Shown piece after piece: positions 12,601 to 23,687 of a DNA stretch of 64,000 bases (positions are counted from its first letter, which is position 1; every line of letters starts with the position of its first letter). This stretch comes from Pocillopora damicornis (Eukaryota). The notes beneath the pieces are model-generated. The model was not told the DNA's origin and ran no database searches. It worked only from the letters and a program-made list of their open reading frames with translations. Location of the stretch: positions 62,001 through 126,000 of the forward strand of contig NW_020846494.1 of NCBI RefSeq assembly GCF_003704095.1, in the 5' to 3' direction. The position numbers were made by a program, and so were the translations under genes.

Positions 12601-15600
12601 TTATTGTCACATCACACCAGTATTACAAGAGTTACATTGGCTACCAGCTAGATTCAGAATAAACTTCAAAATATTGTTAATGAAATTCAAGGCCATTCAT
12701 GGACTGGCTTCAATGAGGAAGAAATCCCCATACCACTTGAGGTCAAATGAGGAGTTGTTGTTAGTTCAACCTTCCCACTAAAGTCAAAGAAGAGGTCAGG
12801 AGACAGAGCCTTTTACGTGGCCACCCCACATAATGGAATGGATAACCATAGAATATCAGACATGAAACTAATATCATACAATCCAAGAAAGAAGTTAAGA
12901 CTTTATAATTTAGCAAAGCATATATTAAGTAACTAAGTTTTTCAAAATGTTTCATTAAAGAGCACGTTTTTTAACTGTCTCTGCGCATGTGCCGCACGCA
13001 CACCGCAGGTTAATAGGTTTTAATAGGTTAATTGTTTAAATTTTTAATTTTTAGGTTTACTTATTTTATTTCAGTTATTTTCAAGCACATTAGATCATAT
13101 CCTTATGTATATTGGGCTATATAAGTAATTGTTATGAGGCAAAAGTTTACTAAAATAAGTAAAGAAAATGTAAACAATGTTAAAAAGAAAAAACTTTGGT
13201 CAAATCACATGCAATTGGGTTCTAAAAACGTGTTATTTGTTTGTTGTAGTCATCTAAAGATGAACTTCACTTTGGTGAAAGGTTAGTACATAGGTCTAAA
13301 CAATGGTCTCCCCAAAAACTATCAAGTGAAAGCTGAAATTCTTTGACCGAAAATGGAATTGCCATAAAATCTTGAGTGTGTTCACTTTGCAAGTAGTTTT
13401 TGTCCTCATGTGAGTAAGAGTGTCAGTAAATATCAAAATGAAAATCCGACCAGTAAGTTTGTTGCTACAATTTTCTCAAAAAATTTCTCAGTGAGCAGTT
13501 TGGGGAATTATAGTCTAGAATTTCTGAAGCTCGTCCACTTTGACAGTTCAACAAAATACAAAGGCATAATACAGAGCAACCAGTTAATTAAACTGAATTT
13601 ACCTGAAAAGTTTGGTGGTGTTAGAAAAATTGAATCTTTTGCATTCAAAGTGATCTCTTTGTTTCCTCCAAACCAAGGGCCCTTACAAATGAAAATCTAG
13701 GAATTTGCCCAGTGTGGTAAATATACAATAGATTTCTGACCAATCAGAGTACATGTTATGTCTAAGTTATATTATGATAAGTGATATGTGATTAAAAAAA
13801 TTGCAAGATCATTTAACACGAATTTCATTATCATTGTTTACATTACATTTTAAGGTTCAGCTCTTGTCTGTTAACTAAGTATGAATAATTTTGGGGAATG
13901 TTACTCAAGGATTTGATCTGTTTGCAATTTTTAGATGGTTTCATGGAAAGCTTCCAGATGGACGCAAAGCAGCAGAAAACCTTTTGAAACAGTTTAATCG
14001 TGGAGATGGATCTTTCCTTGTGCGGGAGAGTACAACCTTTGTTGGAGACTTTTCACTATCTTTCTGGTGTGTAGAAGTTTTAATTTGAATTGCATTGTGT
14101 CTTCTAAGAAAAACGTGTTGTGTGGTTCACAAACAATATATTATCACATCAGAAAATTACAACAGCGTACAGTAATCATTGGCCATAATACCTTGGAAAT
14201 ACTCATATGGGGTTTTTCTAACACTTTAGGCGTAAAGGGAAAGTCCAGCACTGTCGAATCAAATCTAAGCAAGAGAATGGACAAACAAAGTACTACCTTG
14301 TTGATCAAGTGACATTTGACAGTTTATACAGCCTCATCAACTTTTACCAGACTCATCCACTAAAAAGTATGAACTTTGAACTCACGCTGACAGATGCCAT
14401 TCCACAGGTGAATTACTAGACTTGTTCCATGACAGACTAAAAGCACTGGCCTTAAAATCATCTGCATTTTACCAATTTTGAACTAAGGAAGCCATTCATT
14501 TATTTTCCTTTGTATAATATTCATTGTGTTTGAAAATACATTGTTCTCTTCATTGTGTGATCCTGGATACAAGATAATTCACCAAAGTACGTGAACATAA
14601 TGAGAGCAAAATATATAGTTAATAAGATGAATGGCAGAGGTTATTATCAGCTTTACTGTTACTGTTTTATTTTTGTTTTCCTCTTTTTTGTTCACTAGTT
14701 TTTAGCCTTCTGTCATCATCATTTAATAACTGGTATCCTTATCATTGTGTTGTCTGGTGTCTGTTGACACCATCATCTTGATATTAAGTGTAAAAACACA
14801 GAAAGGTCCATTAAGATGTTCTAATTTTATTTTTTGATGTTGTTGTATTCTTCCTTTCTGTATGTCCAAAATCCTTGCGGTAACAGCCAAATGCACATCT
14901 TGAAAAAGAGTGAGTACACAAAAGATTGTTTTTTGAATCATTCCTAAAAAACAAATGTTAACATATGGATCTTAACGTAAGACATCAGTGCCAAAAGAGT
15001 GGTCAAGTATTTGTCGTAGCTACGTCTATTGGCTCATTAATAATGCAAAGTGATTTACTTCTTGTTGTAGTTGGTACCATGATAATCTTAAAAGGGACAA
15101 GGCAGAAGACATGCTGAAGAGGGTCAGAAAAAACGGAGCCTTCCTTGTTAGGAAGAAAGAGTCTGACAACCCAGCAGCTGAGCAAGAGCAAGCAGAAAAC
15201 AATCCAGAGTCACAGAATGATGAATCTTCATTTGCCATATCATTTAGGTGAGCTTTGAGGTTTGTCTGTTTTACTCCTTCAACCATAAATGGGACTGTTG
15301 AGTTGGAAGCTTTTCACTGCATCCAATGGCTCCTCTACAGTCACAGTGACCAGTTAAGCGTCTCAAAAATTTCTTTGCAGTGAACAATATGGCTTGCCAC
15401 TTAAAATTTAGTAAAGAAGTTTATATCAATTCCTCCATTAAGGCTTCAATGTCAGCTGCTTTTTGTAACACTTTAAGTAGTTGAAACAAATGTCAGCCAC
15501 AATAACCATTTGATTTATTTTTCTTCCATAAATTGTTAATAAAAGCCTTCTAAGAAATATTCTGGTTTCAACTTAATTTAATGATTGGAAACTTTTGATA

Positions 15601-18600
15601 ATGTTTATTTGCAGAGCTGAAGGCAAGATTAAGCACTGCAGAATAAAACGTGAAGGACGCTTGTATACAATAGGAACTGCTCAGTTTGAAAGTTTGGTAG
15701 AATTGGTTGAGTTCTACATGAAGCACCCTCTGTACAAGGGCATGAAGCTCAAATACCAAATCAATGAAGATGTAAGAAACTTACCTTTTCCATAATGTCA
15801 GAAATCAGATAAATTACTGCTGTAGAGAAATTGGAACACTCTTCTCTGTAAAATCATAAAAAATGATGGAAACTGGGTAAAGAAGTTTTTACTTCCCATT
15901 ACACAAATTCACATACAGAGGATTGTCTTTATTTGTCTTAATCCTGTTTTTTTCGCATACATGCTGAGAAAATATTGCTTTGAATTCTTACATTTGTCAC
16001 TTTTTTTTATCCTACTATTTGTTTTGTGTTAATGATTTTTAAGCTTTACTTTCACAGCGTGAGTGGAACTCTAATGATCTTGAAGTTTGTGAATATGTTA
16101 TGTATGGTTTATGATCATTCTTCACCTAAAAATGCTGACTTAATTTTGTGTTATCTGTAGGTATTGTCTAAAGTAGGTCAGGTATGTACAGTTTGGGTTA
16201 TTCCTTTTCCCAGTTATAGGTTACTATTAATATGTTTACTTAATGACAAACTACTGTAACATTGCTGTAATGCTTATTTTTCTTTCTTTGGTATTTGGTA
16301 CTTCTCATTTGCCTTTTTAAATGTGATTTAAACCTAAAGCAAGTTATAGAAAAACTTGCCAGCTACCCTCTCAGACACTGTTTTTGGGACACTTGCTGCC
16401 TCTGCTGCCCCTCCTAGTATTAGTCTTTGAGAACTCATGGACCCACTGTCAATAATTGACATTGGAAGAGGGAGAGGTGCAACAGAACACAGGTGGTGTT
16501 CTAAGGAAGTTCCCAACTAGTCATCTCAAGAAGGGTACTTTTTTGTCACTGAAGATTTAATCATTCAAGTTTTCAACTTGTGCAGTTCTTCATAAATAAA
16601 CAAGACCCACAACTTGAACACTACTGTAAATTATTCTCAGTAAAACCTAGCAGGGCCATGTAGATGAATCAGGCCTATCCCATGAAAACAGCTGCTTAAC
16701 TTATAGCCCAGACCATATTATGTGTGACTGCTAACAGTATAAGTTGCTTATCATGTAAAACACTTCTGTTAGTCTCCAGATGAAGATGCAATTTATGGGA
16801 CTGGAGATCATTACCATGAACCCAACCAGTTTATCACAAAGGTAAAGTCATTTTTTCCATCAACCTGTGTCCCCTCAAGAAAAAGTTTGGAGCTATTTGG
16901 TTAGAATACTGTGTAAACAACAGTTATTGGTGCTAAATTATTGTCTGATCTGTGAAATCTTGTGCAGTGCTGTCTGATATTTAGATTCAGTGGCCTCAGC
17001 CTGATTCAGGCTTACATTTAGAAAACATATATAGCAATTTTAAAATCTTCTTCAGATTTACAAATGAGATTTATATAAAGAATGCACATCAGAAACAAGT
17101 GTAAATTATCTTTTGAACATTTTCACAGTACAGCTTCAGTTTCACATGTTCTTGCAAAGTCAAGAGAAAGATTCTTCTCTCTGACAATGTCACAGTGGCT
17201 CTTGTGTTTGTGTTTTCTCAGTGACACTCCAACATTTAAGGGTATTCTTGTTTCCTCTTGACTTTTTCCAGGCTGCATGCAGGGCACTGTGGGATTATGA
17301 AGCTCAGAATCCAGACGAGATGTCATTTTGCAGGGGAGCATTTATCACTAATGTCAGCAAGGAGGATGGGGGATGGTATGTTTTTCTTTCAATTTCCTTT
17401 TTAGTTGTATTCTGTAAAAGAAGACATTGTTTAAGAGTAAAGAGCAATGATATATTAGAAAGCAATGCTGTTCACAAATGAATGCATTTAGTGCTTAGGA
17501 GTCATCATAGTGAAACAGCACAGTGTAAGAATAGTTGAACTTTTGAGATCAATGTCAGTATCTGAGCAACTGCACAGCTACCCCTCCCTCACCCAACATC
17601 AACCTCAACTTGTTTTTAGTTGACTGATGTCAGCTTAGGGGAGCCACAGGTGCACAGTTGCTCAGATGCTGACATTTATCCAACATTTGTTGGTGACCAA
17701 CGACTGGATTGTGATCTTTTGAAGGGTTCTGAAGTCTATTGGGTATTGCTATGAGTTAAAAGGAAAGTAATGGAAAAGAAAAGGATTTATGAATGAATAG
17801 AATGCTTAAAAAAATCATCCACTTCATTGCTTTTTGAATTAAAAGGTGGATTGGTGATTATGGAGGACAGAAACAGAAGTTTTTCCCAGCTAACTATTGT
17901 GAAGAGATTAACTATGTTGCAGAAGATGAACAGAACATTAATCCCCAAAATGACAATACTGAGGTGAGGAAGAGGCTAAATTGTTTTAATATATATCTGC
18001 CTTCTTACATTTAGAACAGAGCGTGAGGGGAAATTTAAGACTCAACACAATAGACCTCTTTAGCTTGACTGTCTATTTTGTTAACCCATTTCTGGTCAGA
18101 TGTTGATGCTTCAGAGAACTGCTTCTTTCAAATTTCTCTTATTGACATATGTACAAATAATTTACAAAGATGTAGCTGGGAATTCCCTGGAGACCAGGAA
18201 TGGGTAAACAAAAAAATGCAAGCTTTAGACTGAGGTCTATTGGTTATATGTACACATTATAACTTTGCCCTCTTAGATTGTTATTTTTGATCAATTGAAC
18301 TGAGATTTATCTGAAATGTACTTCAGATATATGAAGAAATATATTTTTTTATTTGGGTTACTCTTTATGGTTTGATTCTGTTATTTGGTTTTTAATGCAG
18401 TGTTCTCCCTTATTTTAAGCATGATAGGTAAAATAAATTTTCAAACCTGTAAATCAATCCTTTTACCTGTTGAATTTTCAAGAATTCCAAGCAATTCTAA
18501 ACGGTAATAAGAGGTACTACAGTCAGTTAATGTTACCAGTTACTGCCTGAAAAGGAGAACATTTTAATGCAAGTGTAATTAAAAAATGGACTTTTTGCAC

Positions 18601-21600
18601 TATCACCAAATGAATATATTGTGTCCTGTTATTTAACTTGTAGAATCATGAAATGTCGCCCCTGGGGGATCTCCAGAAAGGAAGTATAGACCTCCAGGGA
18701 TGTACTGTTGGTATGTTTCAGTGATAAATGTTGATAATGAAACTTGCTTCTTCTCTGGTAATGGTGGAGAGTGGCCTCATGTCTTGTTGAAAGTTAGTGA
18801 TGTAACAAACATTTTATCTCACTGATATTCACATTTTTCTGCAAAGTCTTTATAACAGTGCTGGCAGTTTTTTTGTTTGTTTTCATTTTGTTTTCTTGTT
18901 GTGGTTTTTTTTGTCTTTCTTTCTGTAAAAAATTATTTGGTGGTTTGTTTCTATTTATGCTGTTTCTAATTTTAATTATTTTTCTATTTATTGTTTTTGG
19001 TTAAATTCTGTTAAATTAACTGTTACTTTACCTGTGGTGGCTGTTTTTATGTGTTACAAGTTCTACATGTTTTTATTTGAAGCAAGAATTAAGGTTGTTT
19101 TGAAAATTGTGCTGCATTAGGTACTGTGTCTAAATTACACATTTGGTGCCTCCGTGATAATAGTCATCATCTCTTTCAAATTAATCAGGAAAGATTGTTT
19201 GTCATAAGCAAGCTACTCTGAACTGTTTTGTGTTAGTCCTTTTCTGTTCTAAATATTGTTATGCCACTCGTGAGTTATATTGTTGTTGTTTTGTTTTTTT
19301 CAGAAAATATAGCAGGTAAACCAGGACAGAGGCATGTATTTCAAATTGCCAAACGTGATGGTCAAATTTTACTCGAACCTGCAGCAGAATCCCAAGAGGT
19401 TTGTGACTTAATTCTTTTCAAGTTTCATTACCTTGTCTTCAGATGGAGTTTTAGCAAACATCTTTTTGTTACACAGGATTTAGGTGATTGGTTACAAGCA
19501 CTTCAACAGATGGCAGATAAAAGAGAAGCAATGGTTCAAAGAATGGTGCGTCAGTCAAATCTAAGTCAAGAGCTGTCTGACTTGGTAGTGTACTGTCAGT
19601 CAGTACCATTTGACATTGGAAGTAAGTTGTTTTCATCAGTGTTGTTTTGTTGCTCTTCATAGTGACATGTGCACTACTTGCCAAGCTTGCTCATCCAAAA
19701 CTCCTCAACTTTGCCTTGACTGATTGCTCAACATTACTGTCAATTACTGACAATTTGCAGTTACAGTGCTTTTTTGGAATACAACCAGTATGTTACATTC
19801 TCTATTGCTTTTCCTATGTATGGGTTAATTTTTTTATCCTGTACAGATGTATCTGGCAAACACTATGAGATGTCATCATTCCCTGAAACAAGACTGGATA
19901 GATTTTTTGGCAAGAGGTTGAGCAAACAATTTATCAAGTATCCTTTCCTGTTTGTAAAACATTACTTTAATCCATTTATTTAAATAGATTAATTATTACT
20001 GTCAATAAATACTAACATTGGAAACATTCCAACATGTCATCAAACAATTCAGTTATCTGAAGCATGTGCATGTACATGATATGGAATAAAATTGCAGTTC
20101 TAAATTGGAACTCAACTCCTAAATTTTCCAGACAAAGAAACATGTTATAAGAAGATTGTTATAATTGCCCTCAATTATAAGGAGCAAACAAAGGCAGTGC
20201 CTTAACAGCAGTGAAGATATCACAGAAAACAGTTCAGTAGAGTTTATCCCAGAGGGAGCAGAATTGATTCTTCTAACTATGACCCAGTGATGATGTGGAA
20301 CCATGGGGTACAGCTGTGTGCTCTCAATTATCAAACACCAGGTAAGAAATGAGATATGGACATAAAAATTGGCTCTAACTCTACTAAAAAAGTGAAAAAT
20401 TTTGTACTGTCTAGTCCATGTTCAATAATATTTAGGTAAGAAAACTGGATGCCAGGTGCTTACCAAAACAAATAACATTGTGTGGGAAAGAGACTGCTGT
20501 ATGAAGTATTTGCAAGCAAAGGGAAAGTTTGATAGAGCCACTTCTTATGAGGGAAGTATGGCCATGTACAAGGGCTCTCATCAATTTTGGTGTCCATGTG
20601 TACTCAGGGGAGAAGTCCACTGGGAGAAGTTGGTTTAACATCAAATATGGCAGGAACAATTTCAGACTTGGGCTAATGTGTACTTAGAGCAGGTTTTGGT
20701 TGATGTGGGGTCTGTTAAATATAGGTTGCTATGCATTGGTTTGATGTATTAGTAGGCTTAAGGATACTTGAGAGATTTTGTGGCAGCTGAACAGCAGTAT
20801 TTATCCTTTACCTCAATTTTTAGATCGAGCTATGCAGTTGAACCATGGTAAATTTTTGGACAATGGAAGGTAACATCTTGATTTCTGGAAGTTTTAGTGT
20901 AAAAATTGTGGTAATGGCTTAACAGTAACCATGCTGGAATCTGTATTTAAGCGTTGCAGTATCAGATCATGCCAGACCTATTGTTTGGTTCTTGGGTAGG
21001 ACACTTTGATTGTAATGTCAGTATATTGTCATGAAAAGCTAACAAACTGTGGGAAAGGGGGTTAACAGTGTTCCCTGTAGTAAGAACTACCTTGTGGCTT
21101 TGTCACCAGCTCCTTGCTTTTAAGTGGTGGTTGTTTAAACAAGAAAAAACATTGAAAGACCTATCTTGAACTGAAATAAATTTAAAGATTGATGTAAACT
21201 GGAAGGAAACAGTGCATAAAAGCTTATGTCCCCTTGGTACCCACCTGTTTACTGGCTACTTTTTTTTCATAGCCTGCTTCTTGAAATTCTCTGAAGAACA
21301 CTTCAGGGGAAACTTACAATGGACTTAAATCCTATCTGACTGTCATCCTAGTTGAGAGTTTTGTTGTGCTTTAGAGACTGGGTAAAGCTTCAATGCCAGG
21401 ACTACTGTGTGTACCACAAGGAGATAAAACATTATAAAATACATAGAGTTGGTTATTTTTAGGTGTGGTTATGTGCTTCACCCAGAGTGCATCAGAAGTG
21501 AAACATTTGATCTGTACAATCGGGATGCTTCTGGAGCAGAGCCATTGACTCTTACTCTAACGGTAAGAAACACTTTGGTCATCCTTTTTTGAGCAACTCG

Positions 21601-23687
21601 TTGTACAATTCAGCATGTTTTTGAAGTTACACTGTGCCCTGCAAGAAGTCATACACAAGTCATTTTATTTAAAACCTCATAAAGCTTTATGTTTTCTTGT
21701 AGATCATTGGAGCAAGGCATCTCGTGAAATCAGGTCGTGGGATAGCATCTCCTTTTGTGGAGGTTGAGATAGTTGGAGCACCTTATGACAACACCAAATT
21801 CAAGACAGAGACAAAACGTACGCAGGTTACTCTTTGTTTGTAGGCCTAGTTCCAAATCAAAATTCATAATTTCTCTTATGTCTCTTACCTTGTTGAGTAT
21901 TGCTTTATCAATTCATTATGCCCTTAAAAGCATGGTTGGTTATGTTTTTTTTTTTTTTAGCGGATAATGGTTTGAACCCTGTATGGTGGGTCAAGTTTGA
22001 TGTAGACGTTATCAACCCCCCTCTGGCTTACCTTCGGTTTGTTGTCTTTGATGAAGATATGTTTGGTGAACCTAACTTCATTGGCCATGCAATATTTCCC
22101 ATGTGCAGTCTGAAGACAGGTTCGTACTTTGTGTAGTTCTCTGAATGGAAGCAACAATTGATCTTTGGTAAATTAATAGGCCAAGGGCCAGTTAAGGATT
22201 AATTTCACAGTAGCAAGGTGGACCTACTAAAAGGATTGTCTTTGCTTATAAAAATTGAATAGCTCAGTTTTAATCACCTGAGTTTGCACAGCTTGCTACT
22301 TCATGAAAAAAGTTTTCATGTTAAAATTCACTTTATTTCTACAATTTTTCTAACTTAATTGATTTCATTCTGTTTTTGTTTGGATCCAGGATACAGATCT
22401 GTCCCTTTGAAGAATGCATACAGTGAGGAATGTGAACTTAGCTGTTTACTGGTCCACATTGACATCAGAAGTGCAATGGTATGTACATGTTACAGCTTGT
22501 TGTGTTACTCAGATTGGTTTTCTGTTCACAGTTTAATGAAATCAAAGGTTTTTCATTTATACTGGTTAACTAAACTAATGAGGACTCTAATATGTAGCTG
22601 ACTTGTCGGTAGTGGTCTTTGTGATCTAGAAATTGGAGCACCAGCTGGAAGGGAAGGGGGAAATGGCTATAGAGTATACTTAGTTTCTTGTTATCCTGCA
22701 CACCTTAAACTTGCCTTAACTGTTTGTTTTTTCTTATGATGATTGGGGACAAATCAACCATAGGAGGGCATCATTACATTTTGACTTCAAATGATGAGAA
22801 ATCATGTTTTGTTTTGATGATGCAGGGTGGTGATGAGAACTTGTATGCATCAATCCAAGTTCTTCGAGATCGTGTAGAAGAGATATCCAATCACATGGAA
22901 AATGAAGAATTGAGAGCACGTGCAACTATTGCAAATTTACTGAACCAGCAGAATGGACCCACGTCACTGGAGGCACAGCAGAGAATCCAAAATGATCATC
23001 AGCATCAAATGGAAAACCTTGGCAAACAGCTCAGACAGCAACAAGATGACTTGCGTAGACTACAGAAAGAAAGAGCTGCTAGGTTTGTTGACTGATGGCC
23101 ATCTTCTAGTAATAGTGAATGTACCATTTGGTTATAAACTTTTAAATGCCATGATTGTTTTGTGATATATGTTATGAGAATGACCAGATGATAACAGCTA
23201 CTGTATATTCTATTATTGACATATGTTTAAAACTCACATATTAATGGCTGAACCCTTGACTCCACACAATAATAGGATAGGTTAATCAACAAACATTTTC
23301 TCAAGCATAGATGACTGAGAAAATCCCCAGGTGGTGTGCTTGGGAGCCTTTTTGGGTGGTTGTGTACCATAAAGATGTAGACTGGAAATTTTATTACGTA
23401 TAAAATGATGGCCAGATTTAGGAAAACAATCCATTATTCAAGTCCCATTAGGTCTCACTCCCTTTTGAGCAGAAGTTATTATTTTCAGCCATTTTTTTAA
23501 CCAGCATTGTACACTTGTCCATTTGATTTACCAGACTTCACTCAAAAATTGTCTTGTTTTCAAGGGGGTCAAATTTTCATCTAATGATTTCAGGGTAACA
23601 GTAGATTCTTGATGATACTTTTTCAGGGCTCCAGGCCGTGTGATGTTATCAAAGCCAAACCGTTACACAAGGAATTCTTCATCTTGA
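610..23687 (+). CDS. PLCG: Phosphoinositide phospholipase C-gamma (5'-partial; EF-hand, X-box, split PH, nSH2, cSH2, SH3, Y-box, C2, helical tail)
   Basis: Hand-spliced exons, all phase-compatible: 610-666, 4966-5068, 5282-5359, 5618-5652, 6061-6112, 6224-6325, 6832-6947, 7141-7226, 8388-8508, 8665-8750, 9035-9117, 9596-9653, 9948-10015, 10342-10458, 13250-13281, 13935-14066, 14230-14407, 14887-14909, 15071-15247, 15615-15771, 16161-16181, 16773-16841, 17272-17375, 17846-17963, 18644-18710, 19304-19398, 19477-19621, 19847-19937, 20217-20341, 20824-20869, 21463-21562, 21703-21817, 21961-22119, 22390-22478, 22826-23082, 23627-23687 (TGA). Diagnostic motifs: [109 protein letters not shown]. The N-terminal PH exons lie upstream of the window. 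The last exon is the least certain. Confidence 0.96.
7890..8031. mobile_element. Degenerate ~140-bp palindromic (foldback/MITE-like) element in a PLC-gamma intron
   Basis: Left arm ATATCAAAAAC..GTGTTTGACT..TCCAGACACC..GAAACA..AAAGCAC pairs with right arm GTGCTTT..TGTTTC..GGTGTCTGGA..AGTCAAACAC..GTTTTTGATAT. Confidence 0.75.
9118..9595 (+). other. GC-AG intron of PLC-gamma
   Basis: Exon ends ...ATC CTC AAG|GCAAGA and the next exon begins TAG|CAT AAA AAA CTA, restoring the conserved K-I-I-L-K-H-K-K-L end of the X-box. No GT donor at this position. Confidence 0.85.
12247..12307 (+). repeat. Short tandem repeat, ~18-bp unit x3
   Basis: (A/G)TTGGTG(A/T)ATTGTCAGTT repeated three times, immediately upstream of the L2 fragment. 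Confidence 0.75.
12480..12930 (+). mobile_element. Old L2-clade LINE 3' fragment (ORF2 C-terminus)
   Basis: Translates to ..[63 protein letters not shown], the typical L2 post-RT C-terminal motif; decays downstream. Boundaries approximate. Confidence 0.85.
17547..17680. mobile_element. ~135-bp MITE with terminal inverted repeats
   Basis: GATCAATGTCAGTATCTGAGCAACTGCAC.. is the near-perfect reverse complement of ..GTGCACAGTTGCTCAGATGCTGACATTTATC. Confidence 0.8.
18048..18242. mobile_element. ~195-bp MITE with terminal inverted repeats
   Basis: CAATAGACCTC ... GAGGTCTATTG termini, plus internal inverted TTTTGTT(A/T)ACCCATT(T/C)CTGGTC. Confidence 0.75.
19938..20216 (+). other. U12-type (minor spliceosome) GT-AG intron of PLC-gamma
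   Basis: 5' site GTATCCTTTCC; branch site (GTG)CCTTAAC at 20200-20206, 10 nt before the 3' end; no polypyrimidine tract. Splicing restores [15 protein letters not shown] of the Y-box. Confidence 0.93.

Noticed and set aside
17222-17241. Intronic sequence encoding DTPTFK, like human PLCG1 MPTFK before SH3
   Set aside because: Not phase-compatible with the flanking exons, too close to the real acceptor, and the upstream exon already supplies the equivalent QFITK.
19399-19476. 78-nt stop-free in-frame intron as a regulated retained intron
   Set aside because: Easily arises by chance for a short 3n intron; the encoded peptide is typical intron-derived F/L-rich sequence and would interrupt the split PH domain.
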